This document shows, in pieces, positions 40,044-51,671 of a stretch of DNA of 64,000 nt. Below the pieces are notes generated by a model. It made no database searches, was not told the DNA's origin, and saw only the letters and a list, made by a program, of their open reading frames with translations. Each line of letters begins with the position of its first letter. The first letter of the stretch is position 1. A program made the translations under genes and the position numbers. This DNA is from Bacteroidota bacterium (GTDB lineage: Bacteria > Bacteroidota > Ignavibacteria > UBA10030 > SZUA-254). The stretch spans positions 64,918 to 128,917 of the forward strand of contig DATKPE010000029.1 of the NCBI GenBank assembly GCA_035524335.1. Direction: 5' to 3'.

Positions 40044-41081
40044 TCAGACGATCAGCATCGCGTCGCCATAGCTGTAGAACCGCCACTTCTCCTTGATCGC
40101 CTTCTTGTACGCCTTGAGGACAAAATCCCTCCCGGCGAATGCGCAGACCATCATCAGAAGCGTCGATTCAGGCATATGGAAATTCGTGACGAGCCGGTCG
40201 ACGATCTTGAAATCGTACGGCGGGAAGATGAATTTGTCAGTCCATCCGCGGTTCGCCTTCAGGTGCCCCGTCGTCGTCACGCTCGATTCGAGCGCTCGGA
40301 CGGTGCTCGTTCCCACGACGAACACTTTCCCCTTGCCGTCGATCGTCTTATTCACCATATCGACCGTCGATTGCGGGATCTCATAGTACTCGGAATCCAT
40401 CTTGTGCTTCGAGAGATCCTCCACCTCCACCGCGCGGAACGACCCGAGCCCGAGATGCAGGATGACGGGGGCGACCTTTACCCCCTTCTTCTCGAGCTGT
40501 GCGATCAGGCGCTTGGTAAAATGGAGACCGGCCGTCGGCGCCGCCACCGATCCGATGTATTTCGCATACACCGTCTGGTACGACTCCTTGTCGTCGTCCG
40601 TGGCATCGCGGTTGATGTAGTACGGCAGGGGCGTCACTCCGATCCGTTCGATCACCTTGAACAGGTCGTTTTTATAGTTGAAGCGGACCGTCCTGCCGCG
40701 GGAGGTGGTATTGTCGATGACCTCGCACCAGATCTTTCCGTCATCAAAATAGATTTTATTGCCGATGCGGACCTTTCTGGCTGGATCGACGATCACATCC
40801 CATATCCCTTCGTCATGGTTCAGCTCGCGGAGAAGGAACACTTCGATCTTGGCGTTCGTTTTTTCCTTCCGGCCGAACAGCCTCGCGGGAAAGACCTTCG
40901 TCTGATTGACCACGAGGCAGTCGCCTTTGGAAAAATAGTTCACGATGTCGCTGAAGCGGTGTTCCTCCATCGACTCGTCGGCGCGTTTCAGCACCATCAG
41001 CTTGGATGCATCCCGCGGCTTCGCCGGAAATTTGGCAATCAGGTTCCGGGGCAACGGGTATTTGAAATCTGAGAGTTTCAT
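40044..41081 (-). CDS. queA: S-adenosylmethionine:tRNA ribosyltransferase-isomerase
   Basis: MKLSDFKYPLPRNLIAKFPAKPRDASKLMVL N-terminus and QueA similarity throughout. Confidence 0.85.
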   Translation of the reverse strand: MKLSDFKYPLPRNLIAKFPAKPRDASKLMVLKRADESMEEHRFSDIVNYFSKGDCLVVNQTKVFPARLFGRKEKTNAKIEVFLLRELNHDEGIWDVIVDPARKVRIGNKIYFDDGKIWCEVIDNTTSRGRTVRFNYKNDLFKVIERIGVTPLPYYINRDATDDDKESYQTVYAKYIGSVAAPTAGLHFTKRLIAQLEKKGVKVAPVILHLGLGSFRAVEVEDLSKHKMDSEYYEIPQSTVDMVNKTIDGKGKVFVVGTSTVRALESSVTTTGHLKANRGWTDKFIFPPYDFKIVDRLVTNFHMPESTLLMMVCAFAGRDFVLKAYKKAIKEKWRFYSYGDAMLIV

Positions 41082-41138
41082 CTCTCGTCTCCTGTCTGGT
41101 GATATGTGTTCAGCTGTTCGTGTCCTGCCGGCCGTCTG

Positions 41139-43867
<2,729 letters not shown>

Positions 43868-43871
<4 letters not shown>

Positions 43872-44590
43872 TGCGGTATCCTATTCTGAGAATGTGAATG
43901 TGAAATAGTCGTTGTCTGTAAAAACCTGTTGAGAAGATTCCGTGCAAACACGTTCCCCGCGTCAGCCATCCGTTCGGGATGATACTGGACGAGGCAGAAG
44001 AACGAGTGGCCGGCCGGCTGACGAAGCTCCAGCGCCTCGACGATTCCGTCGTCCGAGCGGGCCGCCAGCCGGAGCCGATCCGGGATTCCGGCGACCGCCT
44101 GATGATGGCTCGAATTCACTTCGCCGTTCAGCGCGCCGATCATTGCGGCGAACGAAGTCGCCGGTTCGGCCGCGATGGCGTGGCGGCATTCCCCGTCGTT
44201 CGTCCGGTGCGGCCTGTATCCCGCCTCCACCAGGTCGGGGATCAGGCTACCGCCGAGGCAGACCGCCGCGATCTGCATTCCCCGGCAGATGCCCAGGAGC
44301 GGAATGCCGCGGTCCAGCGCGGTAGTCAGGAGGCCGATTTCAAATTCGTCCCGGCGCGGGTCGGTACCGGTTATAGACGGATGAGCCGCGGGACCGCCGT
44401 ACAGCTCGGGACTTACGTCGTGCCCGCCCGTAAGAAGGAGTCCGTCACAGCGGTCCAGCGTCCCACCGTTGCCTCTGCCGTAGGAGAGCACCTCGATCCT
44501 GAGACCGGTCCCGCCGCCTTCCAGCCAGGTTATATATTTCCGGAATTTGTCTTCCGAGCCGCCGGTATCGGTCACCGCAATCGTGATCAT
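43868..44590 (-). CDS. class I glutamine amidotransferase-like / peptidase C26 (gamma-glutamyl hydrolase) family protein
   Basis: Nucleophile elbow GICRGMQ and the His-containing HH motif of the C26/GATase-1 triad. Confidence 0.55.
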
Positions 44591-45630
44591 CGCGTCACAC
44601 CGGCCGTCCGGGCGATCATATCTTTCAGCACCTGTTCACCTTCCACGATCTTCATCCTTATTTCGAGATAGCGCCATCGGTCGTCTGTGATCTCCCGCAG
44701 TCCGCCGGCGATTCTTGCGGCATCCTTCTCGGTAGTGACGATCAGCCGGCTTCCCGCGTGTTCCGCCTGGAGCGCTATCTCCCGGAGTTCCGCGGGAGAA
44801 TAGCGGTGATGGTCTCCGAACACCCGGAGCCCCCGCACGTCATATCCGGCGGCCGCAAGCGTCGTGCGGAACGATTCCGGTTTCGCGATCCCGCAGAACG
44901 CATAGCAGGACATGCGGGGTTCTGCGCCCGGATCCGTCCGGTTCCGTCCGTCGATGCCGACCAGGGCGGCGGGTTGTTTTTCAGCCGTCACGACCAGCCC
45001 GCCGTAATATTTTCTGATGCCCGCCGCGGGATCATCCGCACCTTCCGAGCTCCGGATCAGGACAACGCATCCCGCACGTTTGAGAGCGTGAAGCGGTTCG
45101 CGGAACCTGCCTGCGGGGAGCAATACGGGGCTCGTCTGCAGGTCGGCGGCATCGATAAGCACGATGTCGAGGTCGCGTTTCAGATAACGGTGCTGAAAGC
45201 CGTCGTCAAGAACAATGCACCCGACATGAAAGCGGTCAATCATGAAGCGGGCGCCCCGGATCCTGCGTTCATCCACCATCACGACCGCCGGGCGGAATTT
45301 CCGCGCGATCTGGACCGGTTCATCTCCCGCTTCGGCGGTATCCGCGAGGACCCGTTCACCGTCCGAAACGATCATCGTCCCCCGGGTCGACCGTCCGTAG
45401 CCTCTGCTCAGCGTTCCGGTTTTGACGCCGAGGCGCGTGAGGCAGTCGACGATATATTCGACCAACGGGGTCTTGCCGCTGCCCCCCGCGGTGAGGTTCC
45501 CGACGGATATCACAGGAACCGGCACCCGCACCTGCGAAAGGATTCCTGCATCGAACATCCGGTTCCGCAGGGCAACAGCGCCGCCGTAGATCCACGCCGC
45601 CGGACGAAGAAGCATCATGGTCAATGGCAC
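44587..45630 (-). CDS. lpxK: tetraacyldisaccharide 4'-kinase
   Basis: P-loop VISVGNLTAGGSGKTP; adjacent to lpxB. Confidence 0.75.
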   Translation of the reverse strand: MPLTMMLLRPAAWIYGGAVALRNRMFDAGILSQVRVPVPVISVGNLTAGGSGKTPLVEYIVDCLTRLGVKTGTLSRGYGRSTRGTMIVSDGERVLADTAEAGDEPVQIARKFRPAVVMVDERRIRGARFMIDRFHVGCIVLDDGFQHRYLKRDLDIVLIDAADLQTSPVLLPAGRFREPLHALKRAGCVVLIRSSEGADDPAAGIRKYYGGLVVTAEKQPAALVGIDGRNRTDPGAEPRMSCYAFCGIAKPESFRTTLAAAGYDVRGLRVFGDHHRYSPAELREIALQAEHAGSRLIVTTEKDAARIAGGLREITDDRWRYLEIRMKIVEGEQVLKDMIARTAGVTR

Positions 45631-46754
45631 ATCGAATAAACCGCGTCCACAACCCTTGCCGATGCTCCGGGGGAACCGAGTTTTTCCCGGATGACCCCGA
45701 GCGCTTTCGACATGCTGGCCCGCCGCCCGGGATCCCGCAGAAGCGCCACCGCCTCTGTGGCAATCGTCTCCGCGTTCGCCCGTCCCTGGATCAGCTCCGG
45801 GACAACGGGTCCGCCGGCGACGATGTTGACCAGGCCGATCGACCGGATACGGATCAGCGGTCTGATGATCACGTACGTGAGCCGGGACATTTTGTAGACC
45901 ACGATCATCGGAGTCCGGTAATATCCGGTCTCGAGCGTGGCGGTCCCGGAGGTGACAACCGCCAGGTCGGCATTCTTCATGATGTCGTAGGATGCATCCT
46001 GAATGAGCCGGATATACTCCTGCCCTCTCAGAAATGAACGCATATACTCCATCTCCAGCACCGGCGAAACGCCAACCGCAATCTGAGCTCCGGTCGCCTC
46101 ATTGATAAGGCGGGCGGCCCCGAGCATCGCCGGAAAAATGCGTTCGATCTCCTGCCGCCTGCTGCCGGGAAAGAGCGCAACCACCGGGTGGTCTCCGCTG
46201 AAACCGTGACGCGCCAGGAACTCGCCGCGTCCCGGGGGATCCGTCAGAACCTCCAGCAGCGGATGTCCCACAAACCGGACCGGGATCCCGGCCTTCTCAT
46301 AGAGCGCTGTCTCGAACGGAAACACCACCAGCATGGTGTCCACAATTCCCTTCATTTTCTTTATCCGTCCCGGTCTCCAGGCCCAGATCTGGGGGCTGAT
46401 ATAGTAGGCGACCGGTATATTCTCTGCTTTGACCCGCCGGGCAAACCGAAGGTTGAATCCCGGATAATCGATCAGAATGACGATATCGGGGCGTCTTCCG
46501 CGGAGCAGTGCGGCAAGCGTCCGCTCAACCGCCTTCAGGGTGGGAAGATGCCGCACCACTTCCCAGAACCCCATCACGGACAATTCGCGTATGTGAAAGA
46601 CCGCATCTAAACCGGCGGAGATCATCAGGTCGCCGCCGATGCCGAAGACGTCGCACGCCGGGTTTCTGCGTTTCAGTTCCCGGACCACTCCCGCGCCATG
46701 GAGATCGCCCGACGGCTCGCCGGCAACGATCATGATCCTGGCGGGTCCGTTCAT
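45621..46754 (-). CDS. lpxB: lipid-A-disaccharide synthase
   Basis: N-terminal IMIVAGEPSGDLHGAGV and GT-B fold similarity. Confidence 0.8.
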   Translation of the reverse strand: MNGPARIMIVAGEPSGDLHGAGVVRELKRRNPACDVFGIGGDLMISAGLDAVFHIRELSVMGFWEVVRHLPTLKAVERTLAALLRGRRPDIVILIDYPGFNLRFARRVKAENIPVAYYISPQIWAWRPGRIKKMKGIVDTMLVVFPFETALYEKAGIPVRFVGHPLLEVLTDPPGRGEFLARHGFSGDHPVVALFPGSRRQEIERIFPAMLGAARLINEATGAQIAVGVSPVLEMEYMRSFLRGQEYIRLIQDASYDIMKNADLAVVTSGTATLETGYYRTPMIVVYKMSRLTYVIIRPLIRIRSIGLVNIVAGGPVVPELIQGRANAETIATEAVALLRDPGRRASMSKALGVIREKLGSPGASARVVDAVYSMCH

Positions 46755-47332
46755 CGGCGGAGGATCCAGAGGCCGACGATGAGGAGCGTCAGGATGCCGA
46801 TTGCCTGAAGGGTGCGCCGTTCGGAAACAATACCGCGGCGCCAGTCGATGTCCGGCTGGTCATGTTCCCCGCCGGTGTAGGGACGCAGTACCGGAAGGAA
46901 CCTCGGCACTTCCCTGCAGTATGCCGCATATTCCGCCGCAAACCTGGTCCGGAGGTATTCCTCCTCCAGGCTCACGATCAGGGAGTACTGCACAAAGAAC
47001 CAGACGAACGCCACGGCGGCGAGGATCGGGGTATCGGCCATGATTCCCGCCCCGGTATAGACCAGAATGTTGCCGACGTAGAGCGGATTGCGGACATGGG
47101 CAAAAGGTCCGCGGGTGATCAGGAACGAACCTCCGACAGGTCCCGTGGTCCGCGTCTCACTGCCGGCTATCGCGACGCCCCACAACCGTATTCCTTCCCC
47201 GATGAGCACCACGGGAAGGCCGGCGGCGATCGAAACGATCGAGGGGGTGCCGATGATCACCATCGCGATCAGAAACGGGATGGGGGTATAGCTTCGGAAG
47301 CGAAATATGGTCTGGCGGATATCGCTGGCCAC
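46751..47332 (-). CDS. ICMT/PEMT-family membrane methyltransferase
   Basis: 193-aa 4-5 TM protein with ITRGPFAHVRNPLYVGN (isoprenylcysteine carboxyl methyltransferase-like) motif. Confidence 0.5.
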   Translation of the reverse strand: MASDIRQTIFRFRSYTPIPFLIAMVIIGTPSIVSIAAGLPVVLIGEGIRLWGVAIAGSETRTTGPVGGSFLITRGPFAHVRNPLYVGNILVYTGAGIMADTPILAAVAFVWFFVQYSLIVSLEEEYLRTRFAAEYAAYCREVPRFLPVLRPYTGGEHDQPDIDWRRGIVSERRTLQAIGILTLLIVGLWILRR

Positions 47333-47335
47333 CGG

Positions 47336-48070
47336 TCACCCGCCGAGATAGACGTTCCGCCGGGCGAGTTCGGCCCGGTGCCGTTTGCGGACGTTTTTCC
47401 GGCGCCCATCGGTGGCGACGACGTCCCTGAGCCGCTCCTGAACCGACGCGAACGTGGTGTATTCAAAATAGGAGATGTTTTCCCGGCGGCAGTAGTTCAG
47501 CAGATCGTCCTTCGCAAAGACAATGTCCGCAAACCGGGCCGGGCATCTGTCCGAATATCCCTCGCCGACATAGACGATGAGGTCCTCATCCGCGGAGAGG
47601 GTGAGGATATGATTCCGTTTACAGCATGCGCACCGGGTGCAGACCTCGTCGGTGAAAGGAAACCCGGGAACGAACCGTACGCCGCTCCCGTCCGCTTCGG
47701 GGACAATCTCCAGATGATTGGAGAACCTTTTCACCGACCCGACTCCGTGCCGCCGGAGGATCCGGTCGATGTAGTAATCCATGCCGTCGCTCAGAATGAC
47801 CGCTTCCACACCCGAGGATTCACAGAAGGCGATAAACGCGGGGAATGTGGGATCTATCTGCTGGCCGTCGAGGAACCGGTTCAGTTCACCGGGGTCCACC
47901 GTACCGCAGGCGGCGCATTCGCGCCGGAAGCATTCGGCGGCGGAGATTTCCTCGCGCCGGTATGCCTCGATGCTGGCGGTGCTTTCGGCGCCGCCGAACC
48001 GTTCAAAGAGGGCGTCGCCGACGTCTTTGACCGTTATCGTGCCGTCAAAATCGATGTATACTCGTACCAT
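47336..48070 (-). CDS. HAD-IB family phosphatase, MtnX-like
   Basis: DFDGTIT HAD motif I; Cys cluster CTRCACCKRNHI; C-terminal VGEGYSD. Resembles B. subtilis MtnX from memory. Confidence 0.5.
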   Translation of the reverse strand: MVRVYIDFDGTITVKDVGDALFERFGGAESTASIEAYRREEISAAECFRRECAACGTVDPGELNRFLDGQQIDPTFPAFIAFCESSGVEAVILSDGMDYYIDRILRRHGVGSVKRFSNHLEIVPEADGSGVRFVPGFPFTDEVCTRCACCKRNHILTLSADEDLIVYVGEGYSDRCPARFADIVFAKDDLLNYCRRENISYFEYTTFASVQERLRDVVATDGRRKNVRKRHRAELARRNVYLGG

Positions 48071-48104
48071 GCGTAGCGGCCCGGTGTCCGCCGGGGCGGG
48101 ATGT

Positions 48105-51100
48105 TCAGTTCGTGACCGTCGCGGATCGTATGCGGGCTTCTTCGTTGAAGCGCACGGTGACGATCTTGGAGATCCCCTCCTCCTCCATCGTCACGCCGTA
48201 GAGGGCGCTCGCCGCCTCCATCGTCCGCTTGTTGTGGGTCACGACAATGAACTGCGTATTGTTGGAGAATTTTTTAAGGATCCGCGTGAAGCGGTCGATG
48301 TTTGAATCATCGAGGGGGGCGTCCACTTCATCCAGAATGCAGAACGGACTCGGTTTCACGAGATAGATGGCGAACAGAAGCGCGATTGCGGTCAGCGTCT
48401 TTTCTCCGCCGGAGAGCAGATCGATGGAGGTCGGCCTCTTGCCCCTCGGCTTCGCGATGATTTCGATATTGGCCTCCAGCGGGTCGACGTTCTCCTCGAT
48501 CCGGAGATCGCATTCATCCCCTTCAAGGAACAGTTCCTTGAAAATGGTGATGAAGTTTTCCCGGATCTTGAGAAACGTCTCGGTGAAGATTCTCTGGGCG
48601 GTGGTATTGATCTCCTCGATCGTATTCAGGAGGGTTTTTTCCGCCTCGATCAGATCGTCCCTCTGCTGGGTCAGGAACGACAGCCGTTCGCTCTCCGCGG
48701 TAAACTCGTCGAATGCGGCGAAATTGATCGCTCCGAGGACCCGGATCCGTTCCTTGAGGGCCTTGACTTCCTCGCGCCGCGCCGCGAAATCGACCCACTC
48801 ATCCTCCGGATATTCCCTCAGCTCGAGCGTGAATTCGAATTCCTCCAGCGCCCGCGTTCTCAGGTGCTCGATGCCGGACTTCAGTTCGGATGTCTTCATC
48901 TCCAGATCATGCACCGCGGACGTCGTGTCGTCGTGGAGCCGTCGTTCGTCCTTGACCTGCAGTTCGATCTGATGGATCGAATTCCGCTGTTCCTGATACC
49001 TCTGCTGAACCGTCCGCGTTTCCGTTTCCAGCACGGCAAGACCGTCCTTCAGGGCAGTCAGATCGGTCTGCAGTGTTTCCGCTTCGGCTCCAAGCCTGGT
49101 CACCTCTTCCCGCGCCCGGGCGATCTCCTGATCGCGCCGCTGGAGTGTAATGCTCGTGTCGTTGATCCGTTCCTCCGCCCTCTCCCGGTCGCGTTCGATC
49201 GCCTTGCTCTCTCCCTGAAGCGTCACGACGCGGATCTCAAGATCGTTGACCGCCTTCGTCCGGTCGTTCAGATGCGCCTCGAGCCCTTCGAGCTCGCGGG
49301 TCGACCGGTGCAGGAGCTCCTCTTCCTCGCTCCGCCGCCGTTCCAATTCACCGAGATCCGACGTCATTTTCTCATATTCGTCCCGCAGACCGAGGATCTC
49401 GTGCTCGAGCTGGCGCACTTCGTTCAGGTTCCGCTCGATGCCGTCATTGGCACGTTTCTTCTCGAATTCGAGCTGGGCGATCCGCATTTCGACGGAGGTC
49501 ATCTCCTTTTCGATCGCCTTGACCGCATCGCGGAACGACCTCGTATCCATCGCCTCTTCATCGGCGGCGCGCGATTTCACCTCGTCCAGCAGAGTCGCGT
49601 GGCGCTTTTCCAGCTCGGCAATCTCGCCTTCCAGCGCGGTGATCTGGGACCGTTTGCCGATGATTCCGACCTCATCCTGGCGGGATTCACCGCCGCGGAG
49701 AAATCCGCTCCCCGACGCCGTCTGGCCTTCGAGGGTCACGCAACGTACACCGACGTACTGTCCGAGAATCTTCCGGACGGCATCGACGTCCTCCACGATG
49801 AGAACGTCTTCGAGGAGGAAATTCAACAGCTGGCGGTACTTCGGTTCGCATTCCACCACTTCGGCGGCACGGACGGCCCCTCCGGGGGCCATTGTTCCCC
49901 GGCGCCTCACCGACGGAATCCAGTCGAGACAGATGAACGCCGCGTTGCCGTGCTTCTGACGCTGGAGATCGGCGACCGCGGCATATCCGTCCTCGACCGA
50001 ATCGACAACAATCATCTGGGCGATATCGGCGAGAACCGCTTCGACTGCGCGGCGGTATTTCGGGGCGGACTCCACGATATCCCCGATGCTCCGCACATTC
50101 TTCTGTTTCCAGGCATCCTGGGTGAGTATGTACCGGGCACCGGCCGAGTAGCCGTCGTTCCCCTCCATCATCCTCCGGATGAATTCTATCTTCGAACGTC
50201 GCCGTTCAACCTCGTGCGTCGTTTCAAGGAGCTTTTTCTGGAGTTCCTCGATATCCTGCTTAAGAATCTGTTTCGCTTCTTCCTCTTCCGCAAGTCGGAT
50301 TTCGGCCTCCGCAAACTGCTTCCGGAGATCGCGGTCGTGGGCGGTCAGCTGGGCGATGAGCGCTTCATTCCGCTCGATATCGCCGGTGTACAGCGTGTTG
50401 TCCTCGACGGAGCGGTCGATGCGCCCCTTCAGATTGTCGATCCGCGTCTTGACGCGTTCCTGTTCCCCCTTGTGGCGGATGATCTCGTGAGCGATCGTGA
50501 GGACGGTGTCGCGGACGGCCTGCGTGTCGGTTTTCTTCTGCTCGACCGCACGGCCGGCGGCGGCAAACTCCTCCCTGACACGCGCGAATTCGGTCTCCGC
50601 ACCCGCAAGCTCGCCGGTCAGATGCCGGAGCCGCTCCCGGAGTGCGATCACCTCGCTGGTCAGCGATTCCTCCTGATGACGGAGGTCGACCTTCTCGGAT
50701 CCGAGCCGCTCGATGTTCGCCTCGAGGGCATGCCTCCGTTCGTTGCCGACGAGAATCTTTTCCTCTATCTGGTGAATTCCGTCGTTCTGCCGGGAAACCT
50801 GGCTCTGCCGGTCGCGCAGGAGTTCCTCGGTCGCGGCGGATTCCTTCCGGAGCCGTTCGCTCTGTTCCTCCAGGTTCCGGAGCTCCTGGTCGATGGTCGA
50901 CTTGTCCTCATGCGCGCCGCGGAATTTCTGTTCGAGCGGACGGAGTTTGCCGTGCAGGTAGGCGAACTCCCGTTCCAGGAGATCGATTTCGAGCGATTTC
51001 AGTTTTTTTGCGACTTCGTTGTACTGTTCGGCTTTTTTGGCCTGGCGCTCGAGGGTGGAGACCGTTTTCTGGACCTCCTTGACAATGTCGTTCACGCGCA

Positions 51101-51665
51101 TGAGGTCCGCCTGGACGTCGTCCAGCTTGCGCATGGCGGCCTTCCGCCGGTGCTTGTATTTCGTCACTCCCGCCGCTTCCTCAAACAGCCGGCGGCGCTC
51201 GTCGGTCTTGTCGCTCAGGATCGATTCCACCATCTTCAGCTCGATCACCGAGTAGGCGTCGCTCCCCATGCCGGTGTCCATGAACAGGTCGAGGATATCC
51301 TTGAGACGGCAGGGAACCTTGTTGAGCTGGTACTCGCTTTCGCCGGAACGGAACACGCGCCGGGTGATGGTCACTTCGCTGTATTCCGTCGGGAGAATGC
51401 CCTTCGTGTTCTCGATGGTGAGGGAGACCTCGGCGAGCCCGAGCGGCTTCCGGTTCTTGGTCCCGTTGAAGATCACATCCTCCATCTTGTCGCTCCGGAG
51501 GGTGCTGTACCTCTGCTCCCCCAGCGCCCAGCGGATGGCATCGACGATGTTCGTCTTACCGCAGCCGTTCGGCCCGACGATCGCCGTCACGCCGGCATCG
51601 AAGGAGACCTCGATGCGCTGGGCGAACGACTTGAATCCGATGACCTCAATTTTCGATAGATACAT
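48105..51665 (-). CDS. smc: chromosome segregation protein SMC
   Basis: 1186 aa; Walker A GPNGCGKTN; long coiled coils; hinge; C-terminal signature LSGGEKTLTAIALLFA and Walker B. Confidence 0.9.
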   Translation of the reverse strand: MYLSKIEVIGFKSFAQRIEVSFDAGVTAIVGPNGCGKTNIVDAIRWALGEQRYSTLRSDKMEDVIFNGTKNRKPLGLAEVSLTIENTKGILPTEYSEVTITRRVFRSGESEYQLNKVPCRLKDILDLFMDTGMGSDAYSVIELKMVESILSDKTDERRRLFEEAAGVTKYKHRRKAAMRKLDDVQADLMRVNDIVKEVQKTVSTLERQAKKAEQYNEVAKKLKSLEIDLLEREFAYLHGKLRPLEQKFRGAHEDKSTIDQELRNLEEQSERLRKESAATEELLRDRQSQVSRQNDGIHQIEEKILVGNERRHALEANIERLGSEKVDLRHQEESLTSEVIALRERLRHLTGELAGAETEFARVREEFAAAGRAVEQKKTDTQAVRDTVLTIAHEIIRHKGEQERVKTRIDNLKGRIDRSVEDNTLYTGDIERNEALIAQLTAHDRDLRKQFAEAEIRLAEEEEAKQILKQDIEELQKKLLETTHEVERRRSKIEFIRRMMEGNDGYSAGARYILTQDAWKQKNVRSIGDIVESAPKYRRAVEAVLADIAQMIVVDSVEDGYAAVADLQRQKHGNAAFICLDWIPSVRRRGTMAPGGAVRAAEVVECEPKYRQLLNFLLEDVLIVEDVDAVRKILGQYVGVRCVTLEGQTASGSGFLRGGESRQDEVGIIGKRSQITALEGEIAELEKRHATLLDEVKSRAADEEAMDTRSFRDAVKAIEKEMTSVEMRIAQLEFEKKRANDGIERNLNEVRQLEHEILGLRDEYEKMTSDLGELERRRSEEEELLHRSTRELEGLEAHLNDRTKAVNDLEIRVVTLQGESKAIERDRERAEERINDTSITLQRRDQEIARAREEVTRLGAEAETLQTDLTALKDGLAVLETETRTVQQRYQEQRNSIHQIELQVKDERRLHDDTTSAVHDLEMKTSELKSGIEHLRTRALEEFEFTLELREYPEDEWVDFAARREEVKALKERIRVLGAINFAAFDEFTAESERLSFLTQQRDDLIEAEKTLLNTIEEINTTAQRIFTETFLKIRENFITIFKELFLEGDECDLRIEENVDPLEANIEIIAKPRGKRPTSIDLLSGGEKTLTAIALLFAIYLVKPSPFCILDEVDAPLDDSNIDRFTRILKKFSNNTQFIVVTHNKRTMEAASALYGVTMEEEGISKIVTVRFNEEARIRSATVTN

Positions 51666-51671
51666 GCCGCC

